From a virus (lineage: Duplodnaviria > Caudoviricetes): a stretch of 64,000 nucleotides of DNA. The notes below the pieces were generated by a model. It ran no database searches and had not been told where the DNA came from. It saw only the letters and a program-made list of their open reading frames with translations. Below, piece by piece: positions 1 through 10,148 of the stretch. Both the position numbers and the translations under genes were made by a program. Position 1 is the first letter of the stretch, and each line of letters opens with the position of its first letter. The DNA lies in IMG/VR virus record IMGVR_UViG_3300033068_001989, positions 64,001 through 128,000 of that record; one strand, written 5' to 3'.

Positions 1-1443
1 TTGTATCTGTTCATTAAAATATGGAGAATCTATAGAATCTAAAAATTGTTTTTCCTCGAAAGTTTCAATTGGCCAATTATTCCAGTATGGTTTCTTACCT
101 GCACTTCCGTCAGCTATATCGCTAAGTTTAGTTGTAAGGAAAAGATTTCTTTCATCAAGACCTGGAAATTTTTTAGCTAGATATGAATCCTGATAAACTC
201 TCCATTCAGGATAATCCCATGTGTATTTATTAACCTTAGGTATCGGAGCATTGTTAAGAAAAACCACATCATTGAAATTGGTAAAATTCCACCCGGTCGC
301 ACCTGCATGTTTGGAACTACCATAAACGTGAGGTTGATCATAATTAAAGGTAGCAAGATCGTTATAACAAAGAACCCATAAAGAATTCTCATATAATTTA
401 AGATTTTTTTGTTTGGTGTTATGCTTTATTAATTTGATATCTAATACATTATTGTTCTGTATATAAGTTTGTGATGAGTGAGGGAGAGAAGTCCCATCAG
501 TAAATTGTGTCCATGTTGAACCGTTGAAGTGCCAAAGACCAGTACCCTCATTTAATTCACCGTCACCTATACTACAAAAAACATGCCCATTAGGTCTTGC
601 AACAACTTTAGTTATTGGTCCAGGTGATATTATTCCGGTGTCAGTGGAATAGAAATTCCAGAATTTCTTACCGTTGAAAAAGGAAAGACCTATATCAGTT
701 CCTATCCATAGATTACCGTCCTCATCAAGATCTATAGAATAGATATTATCCGAGATTATCTCCGAAGTTTTTGTATTATAAACCTCAGCCTGCTCTATAA
801 TCTGACCACCACCATTCAGATATTGGACTTCCTGTGATCCCTCCGGTATTGAAAATAGACCCTCTGATGTCGCTACATAATAAAAATACTCCTTACCTGA
901 ATATCCCTTAGCTTTTATGTCGTATATATGTGGCCAATTATATCCAGGAACTACTTCATTCCATTTATCTATCTCCTTAAAATATCTAAAAAGTCTCCCT
1001 CCTGTTACCCCATTTACCTCAGTATATCCAGTTGTACCTGTACCACCTATACCATTCAGTGGGGTAGAAAAAGCAAGAACGTCGTCACCAAACGGACACG
1101 AATAAACTAGAGATATTTCTTGAGGTTCGTTAAATATACCAAGGTCTGAAAAATTCCAGGACTTTCCCTTTGAAACGTCATTCGTATCTAGATTGAAAAC
1201 AGCAAATTCATTAAGACCCGCAGTTGGTCCCTGTGCAACTCCTGCCCATAAAATATCCTCATTGTCAATGTCTATACTTCTAGTATCTAGAAAATATGGA
1301 AATCCACTAGGAACAGCGGAATTATTATGATCATAATATTCCCACGATTCACCATTAAATTTTCTAATATCCTGACCGCATCCCCATACATAGAATTCGC
1401 TATCTATAGCTATTTGATTCATTATTAAACCGTAACTTGCCAT
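1..1443 (-). CDS. Beta-propeller (Reg_prop-like repeat) protein, probably a tail/baseplate appendage; runs off the left edge, not in the ORF track
   Basis: ATG at 1443 (MASYGLIMNQIAIDSEFYVWGCGQDIRKFNGESW...). Segments translated by hand in this frame, including the last codons at the edge (..FEEKQFLDSIDSPYFNEQIQ), are open. Contains propeller blades such as SEIISDNIYSIDLDEDGNLWIGTDIGLSFFNG. Confidence 0.7.
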   Translation of the reverse strand, partial: MASYGLIMNQIAIDSEFYVWGCGQDIRKFNGESWEYYDHNNSAVPSGFPYFLDTRSIDIDNEDILWAGVAQGPTAGLNEFAVFNLDTNDVSKGKSWNFSDLGIFNEPQEISLVYSCPFGDDVLAFSTPLNGIGGTGTTGYTEVNGVTGGRLFRYFKEIDKWNEVVPGYNWPHIYDIKAKGYSGKEYFYYVATSEGLFSIPEGSQEVQYLNGGGQIIEQAEVYNTKTSEIISDNIYSIDLDEDGNLWIGTDIGLSFFNGKKFWNFYSTDTGIISPGPITKVVARPNGHVFCSIGDGELNEGTGLWHFNGSTWTQFTDGTSLPHSSQTYIQNNNVLDIKLIKHNTKQKNLKLYENSLWVLCYNDLATFNYDQPHVYGSSKHAGATGWNFTNFNDVVFLNNAPIPKVNKYTWDYPEWRVYQDSYLAKKFPGLDERNLFLTTKLSDIADGSAGKKPYWNNWPIETFEEKQFLDSIDSPYFNEQIQ

Positions 1444-1463
1444 TTATTTAATTTTTATTAATT

Positions 1464-3344
1464 TTATAAAGATCCACCAATTTTCCAACCTCTAAAATAA
1501 TTGGTATGTGAAGAGGAAGGAACTGTTATTTTTGAAGGTAATCCGGTCCAAGATTCCATATCACTACCTTCCTTATTAACATCAGATGCAAGATTAATCC
1601 CAGGAAATTCAATACCTTCTGATTTTACGATATTTATGAAGTTAGTCATCTTATCACCCCACATTATCTCGATTGAGTGTATGTATTTATTACCGTACGT
1701 TGCACTTGTTAATGGATCCTTTATAGACATCTTAATACCTCCAAAATTTTTATTCGAATATAAATTTTCTTCTCCACCGTCGTAATACGGTCTTAAATCA
1801 TCATTGTCCTCGAATATTATATTATTTGATAGCCCACCGGGTTGTGATGCTATTCCGGAATTCATTAAATATGCTATACCTTTTTCCCCACCAAATGATG
1901 TATCTTTTGCACATATTAGATACTGATCAGGGCTATTTCCCTTCTCTCCCCATTCAGAAAGTATGAATTGAAAATTAGAAATTTGAGATCCTGCTGAATC
2001 CCTAAGTATTAATCTTACATCAACGTGATAATCACTAACAAGATCATAAATTTCCTTAAGCATCGAGCCGGAAGGTATACAAACACCATGATAATATTCT
2101 ATAGGATATACATAGCCATCTTCTGCCCACCATCCACCATCCCACGCATATCCGCTATAGTTTTTCTTAAACCCTATTCCGGATGCAAGATCAGCAAATG
2201 GTGGACGTATGAAATAACCGAATGGCGAAATACCAACATAAGTCTTCATATATCCGCCATTCTCTATAAATTTACTTGAACCGGAAAGATAATACTCATT
2301 AGAAACAAAATCATTAATAGCATCACTATTCCATTTTCTTAATCCATCTATTAAATCAGTAAAAGTAATCCCTGATGTATTATCAGTTATATAAAATCTA
2401 CTATCAAATTTTGATGATATGTCGTTTGGAATTATATAATTTCCTGTCATTATTCTGTCCATCGATGAATAACCTCCAGTAACGCCAGCAGAAAGAAGGG
2501 AATTACCAGTAAGAATCATATTAGTCTTTATTGGGCTATAATTCCTAGATATATCTGGGCTATTAACCCATAGATAAACAGCTTCCTGTGTAGAGTGAAA
2601 GCTTATATTATCCCATTTTGGTGAATATGGTCCAAGATCTATCTTAAGAATTATACTATTTCCGGGTAGACCTATTCCTGCTGTCCTCAGAGCAAGCGTA
2701 GAAACATTATAATATTTTCCTGCTGTAGCATAGGTTCCAGGTGACCAATAATTAACTTCCTCCTCAACCCCAATTTTTCTAAAATTTATTCCTCTATTTA
2801 TTACCGAAGCGTTACCAGCAACAGATGTGGAATCGAGGCTAACATTAGAGAGGTATGTTGAATCAGGAGCTCCTATGTAGGTTCCGGTCAATGTATACCA
2901 ATCGGTACATAAATATGTCACTGATGATAATAAAGGGCCAGACGTAGCACCTAATTGTGGGATATTCCAAGAATATGATGAATATCCACTGCTCACGCTC
3001 CCAGTAGCTGAATATGTTATCGAGCTGCTCATCCTACTAACGGGGGGATCGTAAATAACAACACCAGGTCCCTGCGTTATTTCTATAGCAGGAGAGAAAA
3101 TTTCGGGATAAACGACTATTATATTCGATTTAAAAGCTTCAGCGGTTATACCACCGGCACCAGTTATAACTAATCCTGTACTATACCCAGAATAATTAAC
3201 ACCATAATACTTAACAGAAGGTCCATAAGCAGCACCTGTGCTTGGTGTTCCACCTTGGAATACCCATTCTCTGGATATCGCACCAGTGCTAAGATCGTAA
3301 TAATATATGGAATCCCCCTGATTTATACCTAATTGTCCTGACAT
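1464..3344 (-). CDS. Putative tail/baseplate-associated protein with N-terminal PKD/Ig-like domains
   Basis: PKD-like motif YYDLSTGAISREWVFQGGTPS; G/S/T/Y-rich; preceded by GATATATA late motif; structural gene context. Confidence 0.5.
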   Translation of the reverse strand: MSGQLGINQGDSIYYYDLSTGAISREWVFQGGTPSTGAAYGPSVKYYGVNYSGYSTGLVITGAGGITAEAFKSNIIVVYPEIFSPAIEITQGPGVVIYDPPVSRMSSSITYSATGSVSSGYSSYSWNIPQLGATSGPLLSSVTYLCTDWYTLTGTYIGAPDSTYLSNVSLDSTSVAGNASVINRGINFRKIGVEEEVNYWSPGTYATAGKYYNVSTLALRTAGIGLPGNSIILKIDLGPYSPKWDNISFHSTQEAVYLWVNSPDISRNYSPIKTNMILTGNSLLSAGVTGGYSSMDRIMTGNYIIPNDISSKFDSRFYITDNTSGITFTDLIDGLRKWNSDAINDFVSNEYYLSGSSKFIENGGYMKTYVGISPFGYFIRPPFADLASGIGFKKNYSGYAWDGGWWAEDGYVYPIEYYHGVCIPSGSMLKEIYDLVSDYHVDVRLILRDSAGSQISNFQFILSEWGEKGNSPDQYLICAKDTSFGGEKGIAYLMNSGIASQPGGLSNNIIFEDNDDLRPYYDGGEENLYSNKNFGGIKMSIKDPLTSATYGNKYIHSIEIMWGDKMTNFINIVKSEGIEFPGINLASDVNKEGSDMESWTGLPSKITVPSSSHTNYFRGWKIGGSL

Positions 3345-3364
3345 CTAACTATTTTTATTCAGAA

Positions 3365-3372
3365 TATATATC
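3365..3372 (-). promoter_or_regulatory. Putative late promoter GATATATA (representative copy)
   Basis: Same 8-mer at 12810, 16226, 28513, 30364, 37338, 41165, 44831, 47604, 55397, 59109 and 61243, each just upstream of a minus-strand gene. Confidence 0.75.
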
Positions 3373-3393
3373 TAAATAAAATAGGTACAAAAA

Positions 3394-4356
3394 CTATTGG
3401 TTATTTCTTTTGCCCTTGGCGTATAATATTGCTTGCACGTAATTATAAGTATTGTGCTTATCGTCAATTTTACTAAAGTCCTCGCCCCATGGTGATTTAT
3501 TTATAAATTCACCCTTATAGAAAAATTTGCCACCTCCATTATCAACAACACCAGCATTGTGCATTATCTTGTGTCTTTTCCATTCAGTTGTTCCGTAGAA
3601 AGACCCCCAGCTAAAACCAAGCTCTTCCGATATTCTAACCTGATTACCTCTTTTAAGTCCACACCATAAAACAGCCCACATGTCTGCACACCATTTTTGG
3701 ATTGGATTATAAGAGACGAGATGTGATTCATCTAATATTGACCTCTCAGAATCTTCTCTCTCGCTCATATATTTATATAAATCCAGCGAAATGAATTCAA
3801 CTTCCTTCCAAAATTCACTATCTATACCTTTCATTAGATATTGAGCCCCCCCTGAATTTTTATTATTATCGGATACAAGATCAGGATCAATACCTGCAAT
3901 ATTACACATTTCAATGAAAAGATCTTCAGATTTTGATTTTATATAATCGGATCCTATATAAGAAACAGTATCGCTAAGATACCAGATATTATCATTTGTT
4001 AGCTTGTCAAAATCTGGGAGTTCTCTAAATATTATATCAGAATCATGATAAAATATATTTTCATTAGATAATTCCGGATAAGCAGCAAAATGCTTGGAGA
4101 GTATATTTGGTCTAATTACTGGGATATATCCATAATCATTCATTTTATCTTTCTTGTAGAAAAATACTCTAACATACGGATATCTTCCAGCAAGATCCAT
4201 ACCCTCAGCAGAAGGAACACTTTCATAGCCAAAAACTATTTCTATCCAGTTTGGGTTTATTCCATTTTTTATAGCATTATTTATGAAAACCTCAACCTGC
4301 CAATGAAAATAAGGAACATCGGGTTGGGCACAAATAAAAACAACTTTATTCTGCAT
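3394..4356 (-). CDS. GT-A fold glycosyltransferase resembling peptidyl-Ser/Hyp O-glycosyltransferases (SGT1/HPAT-like)
   Basis: YFHWQ near the N terminus, YIPVIRP, DxD motif IFYHDSDIIFR, WCADMWAV and a C-terminal IMHN, in the order recalled for SGT1/HPAT (YFDWQ..Y.xINKP..DxD..W.xEMY..I.HY). Confidence 0.6.
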   Translation of the reverse strand: MQNKVVFICAQPDVPYFHWQVEVFINNAIKNGINPNWIEIVFGYESVPSAEGMDLAGRYPYVRVFFYKKDKMNDYGYIPVIRPNILSKHFAAYPELSNENIFYHDSDIIFRELPDFDKLTNDNIWYLSDTVSYIGSDYIKSKSEDLFIEMCNIAGIDPDLVSDNNKNSGGAQYLMKGIDSEFWKEVEFISLDLYKYMSEREDSERSILDESHLVSYNPIQKWCADMWAVLWCGLKRGNQVRISEELGFSWGSFYGTTEWKRHKIMHNAGVVDNGGGKFFYKGEFINKSPWGEDFSKIDDKHNTYNYVQAILYAKGKRNNQ

Positions 4357-4373
4357 AATCTATATTTTATAGA

Positions 4374-4401
4374 TTATACATTAATAATAAATTAATGTTC
4401 C
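4374..4401 (-). promoter_or_regulatory. Putative ECF-type promoter GGAAC-N17-GTATAA (representative copy)
   Basis: Related bipartite motifs at 16220, 32368, 46539, 56294, 61863 and 63156. Confidence 0.65.
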
Positions 4402-4403
4402 GT

Positions 4404-5324
4404 TTAAATAGTACATTCGACATAATCATTAAATACAGCTTGAACATTAAGATAAATATTAAATGGAGTAGCCGAGATGGTACCATAATTATAGCAGCCA
4501 GGTCCTAGGTATGATCCGCCACACGAACCGGAAGTAATAGTAGGAGGAAGAGTATCCCCGCAATAGTAGAAGTCATTAAGACATCCGTCGGTTGAAGATG
4601 AACCTCTAGAAAAAGTTAAAGGTATCAATGTTCCATTTCTCAGTACACCGACTAAAAGAGTAGAACCGATAAGGAATGCGGTGGATGCCTTTAATGTCAT
4701 CGTTGTTGTTAGAGAACCAGAATATATCGAGGTCCAGTTTGAACCGCCATCCTCACTAGTAACTATCTCAATATCATTCAATCCAGCAGATACACTTCCG
4801 CTTCTTTTAGCGAAGAAGCTAATTAGTGCAGTGGTTGGACAAGGAGAATCATACGTAAGATTAACAGTGTCCCAATACCAAACATCAGTTCCATCCGAAT
4901 AATAACCAGCACCTGCTATCAGACTACAACCAACAGGATATGTCTGGTCAAAAAGCAATGAACCGTTCCATTGGTAGTTACCTGGTGAAGCATAATAATT
5001 ATCACAAGCGGCTTGAGTATCAAATTCGTCAAAGCCGTACAGAATATTTACACACGAGGAAGTTGTTGTAGTTGTCGTCGTACTGGTCGTAGTTGTAGTT
5101 ATTCCGGATATACTTAAAAATATTTCGCTTGTACAGTTTACATTATTAGATTTTACCTTAATTGTTGTGGCAGCATTAGGTACAAGTGTAGAATTATATC
5201 CGCTAATAAGTGAAGCTCTAGATACTCCGGTTTGAAATGGAGAAGCATACGAATCAACATTTGAATATAGATCGAATGGTCCAGTATCTAATCCTGGTGA
5301 TGTCAATGTTATTGTTACTGTCAT
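4404..5324 (-). CDS. Putative virion appendage protein: Ig-like N-domain, Thr-rich linker, Cys-rich C-region with Asp-box
   Basis: ITTTTTSTTTTTTTSS linker; TSEDGGSNW Asp-box; many Cys; directly downstream of a large baseplate gene. Confidence 0.5.
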   Translation of the reverse strand: MTVTITLTSPGLDTGPFDLYSNVDSYASPFQTGVSRASLISGYNSTLVPNAATTIKVKSNNVNCTSEIFLSISGITTTTTSTTTTTTTSSCVNILYGFDEFDTQAACDNYYASPGNYQWNGSLLFDQTYPVGCSLIAGAGYYSDGTDVWYWDTVNLTYDSPCPTTALISFFAKRSGSVSAGLNDIEIVTSEDGGSNWTSIYSGSLTTTMTLKASTAFLIGSTLLVGVLRNGTLIPLTFSRGSSSTDGCLNDFYYCGDTLPPTITSGSCGGSYLGPGCYNYGTISATPFNIYLNVQAVFNDYVECTI

Positions 5325-5333
5325 TTTTTATCT

Positions 5334-8300
5334 TTAAGTTATTGTTATAGTATAATTATATTGGGCATTTCCAGGAGTCACATTAAGGATAGCTTCATAA
5401 TTAGGTGAATTAAATGTGAAATTAACAGGGCCAACAGTAGAACCAGCAGTTAATCTTGCTTGTCTAGAAGTATTAATTCCACTTCCTGGTGTAAATACAA
5501 TTTTAAATGTACCGGTACTAGGAACACTAAAAGTATTATTCATCGGTAAATACACAAAAGTATTATTAGGTATTGATGCATATCCAGTTGAATAATCATT
5601 ATAAGGTACACTATTTATAAATATTGTCCATGTACCAGCTATTAGTGACCCACTATTATTGGTTACTGTAAATGATCCATAAGGATTAATAGTTGTTGTT
5701 GTTGTTGTACTAGATGTTGTTGTTGTACTCGTTGTTGTTGTTGGCGGAACATAAACTACCGCGCTACCACTAGGTAAGCTACAGTCAAAAGGCGAGAATG
5801 TCGTAGTTGTTGTAGTTGTTGTCGTAGGAGCTAATGTTGTTGTAGTAGTTGTACTTGTAGTACTGGTTGTTGTAGTACTGGTTGTTGTAGTACTAGTAGT
5901 TGTTGTACTAGTAGTTGTTGTAACAGGAGCACCACCAGTATATCCAAACTCAGCTAAAAGAAGTCCGCTTCCACCAATCAATGAAGGTGGCGGGTAATGT
6001 GGACCATTAACAAGCCCAATGTTAGCGATATCAACATTTATTGGACCAGTTGTTGTTAGTAACGATCCAGCATCGTCAGGTATCACTCTATAATAAAAAT
6101 TTGTTATGTTTGGATCTCCGTTATTAAGTTGTTCCGCTGCACTAGATAGTGTCAATTGATTATTAAAGGGACCAGTAACTCCATAAAAAACTAATGTTTC
6201 TGGGAATGGATATGTCTCATTCCCTGTTGAAATTGATAGATTGTCAAACCTGAGGAGCGAATGCAACTCGTATCCACCTAGCCAGTCATTATTGAATTCA
6301 TAATCGTACCAAGAGTGTGCATAGCCATCGTCCCATGTACTTTCGTTGAATATCTCCCAATTTAATCTTTTGGTCCCCCAATATTTCAGATTTGGATTTG
6401 GGTAATTTTCCATTTCCTCCTCCCAATAAACATAATAATCAATAGGATTAACACCACCTGTTAATGCAGGGGTAATGGATAACAAATCAATAGATCCGCT
6501 TTCCTCAGCTCTTAATTCAATCCCATTCTGATCTGCACCAAGTTCACTCGGTGCATATATCGTGATTGTAACAGGATCAGCTTGTGGATTTTCACATGAA
6601 GCAAAATAATCAGGATAAGTTCTAAGTGAGTTCACAGAAGATGTTATTTCGTTTGCAGTATTATATAAACTATCTCCAGTTTGACTATATCCAATCAATC
6701 TATTATTAACGTATATCGACAAACTTCCACCACCTAAAACCTTTTGTGAATTGTATATTGACGTATCAACATATAGTTTTTTAGGAGATGTTGTTTGAAG
6801 CAGAACTCCGCTCCATGAAAATTCAAGGGTAATTGGTATATTGAACGAATAAGAATCTATAATTGTTGCTGGCCATCTACCGTTAATCTGAGATATACTT
6901 CCAGTTATTGTTACATAATCATCATCATTAAGATCATGAGGTAAAGTTGTAGTAATCACAGAATATCCATATTGTCCGCTAATACCAGAGATTTCGAAAG
7001 ATTCAATACTAGAAACATTAAGGGTTATCTGGGTAATTGTTATATCTCCATATGCTCCCACCGATGGCTCCGTTGTTCTAACATAAAGATCCTGTCCGTC
7101 GTCAGCCTTATTTCCATATGTTGCAAAATCCAATATCTCGGACGGAATCGTTTTTTTGACTTCGTCTATGGTTGATCCTTCTGCGGGATACTCCCACATC
7201 GAATCATATTCTTTCCATTCTCTATCGACATTTTCCCATAGATAATTTTCAACCTCCCTGTATCTAGTCCAGGAATCAATATCAACAGTTTTAGGATCTA
7301 CGAAAATTGAAGCATTCTTAATAACGCTGGTCTTCGCATTAAAGGCATCATACGTGTTGCATATGACCTGATATTCACCAGTGTAAGGTAAGAAGTGCGC
7401 TAGCTTATAATAGTCCACTATAGATCCTCTAAATTCGAAATGATAAGGTGTACCTGGTTGGGTTGCTGACTTATTAAGTATCCACTCGATTTCCATCATG
7501 TTGGAGAAATCAACATTTTTCCAATTTAGCATCGTATAATTCTGAACAGTGGAAAAAAGCTCGTTCTCGCCGAATGTTCCACTAGTTGAGTCATCTAATG
7601 CAACGTCATATTCACCACTACTATAATAAACAGTTGTAACCGTACCAAATATACCACTAGACTTAACCTTAACCCTATCACCAGGTCTGTACGTAGGAAC
7701 TAATAGAGCATCCCAGTTTATATTTAATTCGTTCCATTCCCATCTATCAGGAGTTAGCTCCAGTATAACTGGCATACCAACAGGGGTATTGTAAATTTTT
7801 CCTGTTACTGGATCAGTATATGCAGGAGGATCAAATCTACCATCACCAAGTTCTAATATCTTTCCATTCTGTTTAAGATCATAGAAATTAGCAATAGCAG
7901 ACAATAACGAATCATTCTGTGCTGGCGTGTAAATCTGCTGAGAATCGAGAGGATTTATTATGTTGCCAAGATCTGATATCGTAGACTGAATTATTTCTAT
8001 GGTACCAGATAACAAAGAAGGGTTATAGTTGGAATAATAATGTATTATCCCCGATGTTTCTGGAGCTATATACCACTCCAAAGAATTACCACCAGTTGCT
8101 CCGTTATTAATTATTCCAGTTGGTACATTATTTTCCCATTGTGAAGGACTACCAGGGAATCCAGAAAAAGATGTAATTGAAAAATCAATTCCATATCCCG
8201 AAGGATCGTTGACATTAAATGTATACGTTTTTCCTGCCTCTAGCTTTAAAATTGGATTATCACCAGTAATTCCATATGGTATATCACCAGAAAAACTAAC

Positions 8301-10142
8301 AGCACTTCCAGTACCACCAGGAAAGGTAACATCAAGTGAATATGAATTGTTATATGAACTAGGTGTCTGTATATAATTAGGATTTGGTCTTACGTTAAAA
8401 TTTCTAAGATCCTCTATAAATCCAAAATCTGGATTTGGGAAAAATTCAAAATCATACCCTATGTTTATATCAGATCTAATCATCTGATCAGTCCATGACT
8501 TGGTGTTCTGGATCATAAAATAAACACCCTCACCGGTTATGTCTATTATTCTTGCATTTAATGGAAGATAATCTCTCTTAAGTCTTTCCTTTAATGCAAA
8601 TATCTTTATAAGAACCTCCTCTTGTGTAAACTTAAATGCATCAACAACTACTGGATATCCATATTCATCAGTGTCATCAGTAACCTTATTCAAATCATAA
8701 TAAAGACCAAATAATGATGTTTTCTTTATCGATTTACTAGGAAGCTGTGAATTTTCGGATGTTACGTTAAGAACATAATTTCCCTTATTATCAGGTCCGT
8801 ATGTCTGTGTAAGTTTATATTTTCCAGAATTCTCATTATCTAAAACATCACCAATATTATAAGACTGTGAATATCCATTGGCAGCTTGCTGTGTTTTTAT
8901 TTTATTAAGGAATGTCTGATTTTGTTGTAATGGTGATTCTAATCTTAGATTTTTATAATTCAGATTAAGCCAATACTCCTTTATTCTCATATCTTGGTAC
9001 CCAAAGAACTTAAGTGCATTAATAAGTCCCTTGTAACTACCTATGTACGGAAATATATCATCACCAGCTATAAGTAGTTCTTTCCTTTTCTCGTTAATTT
9101 CAAGAAAATTAGGAACTGGTTCAGCTGGATCGTGATCCCTCAATATTATCGAATCCGAATTATAGAAGGATCTTCCGATATTTTCGAGTAAAACTTTAAA
9201 TCTTTCGTCCTCTGCTATAGTTTGACCATAGAAGTCGATTTCTATAACTTTTTGCGGTGTTCCTGTTGTTATATCCTCAACTATAAGTTTTCTCTCGTAA
9301 ACATTCTCAAGATCGTCAGAAGAGTTTAACGCAACGTTTATTGCTATTGCATCAGAAGTTACATTTTCACTGACAATAAACCCATGGTCATAATAATCAG
9401 TTACATCGGAATCAATAGGGATAAGTATATTAGGATAGCTAACTATTAATGGTTGACCGTCTCCTCCATCCAGCTGATTTTCTATAACATATGTAAATAT
9501 AATCTCAGATACATCCACATCCCCATAATTATCATTATACCATCTAGTTCTCCATTTCGCACCAGTAGAACCTATATTGGACGTATGTGGTAAACCATAT
9601 TCAGGACCACTATTGGTTATAAATTCTTGTACTATAAAAACCTGCTCATTCTCGTAAAGCCCAGTAGATATGGGATCGAAGTAAATATTACCTTTAAAAT
9701 AACCACCAGGTCTATTCTCATAGCTAGTTTCGAAATACACCTTTGTGTCATAGCTTATTATACTCTGACCAAGAAAATTACTTTTAGGAAGTGTAAGTGA
9801 GAAAGTTGAACCTATATTGTATACCAGAGATATTTTACCTTTAAAATTGGTATTAGCTGTTGGAATATAACCATTAAGATAAACTGTTGCACCCTTATCT
9901 ATGAAATCATTCACATCTATACACCAAGCATAAAGATTAGTACTAGTCGCATCCGAAATATTAAAGGTAAGGATATAATCATCATTAGATTCGGTCCATT
10001 CAAAATATCCGGGAGTGCTCGCAGAACTACCCATTATATACGAGGATTTGACATCAAGAGGGGTTGGCCCAGTTGGTCCTATATAATCGAAATTTAATGG
10101 ATTACCACTTTTATTGTAAAAATTGAGATTTAGATTTGCCAT
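5334..10142 (-). CDS. Large baseplate wedge protein (gp7-like region) with SH3-like/Ig-like modules and a mucin-like Thr-rich C-terminal region
   Basis: FPYIGSYKGLINALKFFGY resembles the gp7/P2-I type motif; follows gp25 and gp6; long T/S runs near the C terminus. Confidence 0.55.
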   Translation of the reverse strand: MANLNLNFYNKSGNPLNFDYIGPTGPTPLDVKSSYIMGSSASTPGYFEWTESNDDYILTFNISDATSTNLYAWCIDVNDFIDKGATVYLNGYIPTANTNFKGKISLVYNIGSTFSLTLPKSNFLGQSIISYDTKVYFETSYENRPGGYFKGNIYFDPISTGLYENEQVFIVQEFITNSGPEYGLPHTSNIGSTGAKWRTRWYNDNYGDVDVSEIIFTYVIENQLDGGDGQPLIVSYPNILIPIDSDVTDYYDHGFIVSENVTSDAIAINVALNSSDDLENVYERKLIVEDITTGTPQKVIEIDFYGQTIAEDERFKVLLENIGRSFYNSDSIILRDHDPAEPVPNFLEINEKRKELLIAGDDIFPYIGSYKGLINALKFFGYQDMRIKEYWLNLNYKNLRLESPLQQNQTFLNKIKTQQAANGYSQSYNIGDVLDNENSGKYKLTQTYGPDNKGNYVLNVTSENSQLPSKSIKKTSLFGLYYDLNKVTDDTDEYGYPVVVDAFKFTQEEVLIKIFALKERLKRDYLPLNARIIDITGEGVYFMIQNTKSWTDQMIRSDINIGYDFEFFPNPDFGFIEDLRNFNVRPNPNYIQTPSSYNNSYSLDVTFPGGTGSAVSFSGDIPYGITGDNPILKLEAGKTYTFNVNDPSGYGIDFSITSFSGFPGSPSQWENNVPTGIINNGATGGNSLEWYIAPETSGIIHYYSNYNPSLLSGTIEIIQSTISDLGNIINPLDSQQIYTPAQNDSLLSAIANFYDLKQNGKILELGDGRFDPPAYTDPVTGKIYNTPVGMPVILELTPDRWEWNELNINWDALLVPTYRPGDRVKVKSSGIFGTVTTVYYSSGEYDVALDDSTSGTFGENELFSTVQNYTMLNWKNVDFSNMMEIEWILNKSATQPGTPYHFEFRGSIVDYYKLAHFLPYTGEYQVICNTYDAFNAKTSVIKNASIFVDPKTVDIDSWTRYREVENYLWENVDREWKEYDSMWEYPAEGSTIDEVKKTIPSEILDFATYGNKADDGQDLYVRTTEPSVGAYGDITITQITLNVSSIESFEISGISGQYGYSVITTTLPHDLNDDDYVTITGSISQINGRWPATIIDSYSFNIPITLEFSWSGVLLQTTSPKKLYVDTSIYNSQKVLGGGSLSIYVNNRLIGYSQTGDSLYNTANEITSSVNSLRTYPDYFASCENPQADPVTITIYAPSELGADQNGIELRAEESGSIDLLSITPALTGGVNPIDYYVYWEEEMENYPNPNLKYWGTKRLNWEIFNESTWDDGYAHSWYDYEFNNDWLGGYELHSLLRFDNLSISTGNETYPFPETLVFYGVTGPFNNQLTLSSAAEQLNNGDPNITNFYYRVIPDDAGSLLTTTGPINVDIANIGLVNGPHYPPPSLIGGSGLLLAEFGYTGGAPVTTTTSTTTTSTTTTSTTTTSTTSTTTTTTLAPTTTTTTTTTFSPFDCSLPSGSAVVYVPPTTTTSTTTTSSTTTTTTINPYGSFTVTNNSGSLIAGTWTIFINSVPYNDYSTGYASIPNNTFVYLPMNNTFSVPSTGTFKIVFTPGSGINTSRQARLTAGSTVGPVNFTFNSPNYEAILNVTPGNAQYNYTITIT
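5690..5925 (-). repeat. Low-complexity ACA/ACT/AGT (Thr/Ser) coding tracts
   Basis: Runs of GTT/GTA triplets on the + strand encode VTTTTSTTTTSTTTTSTTTTSTTSTTTTTTLAPTTTTTTTTT and PPTTTTSTTTTSSTTTTTT. Confidence 0.9.
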
Positions 10143-10148
10143 TTTAAA

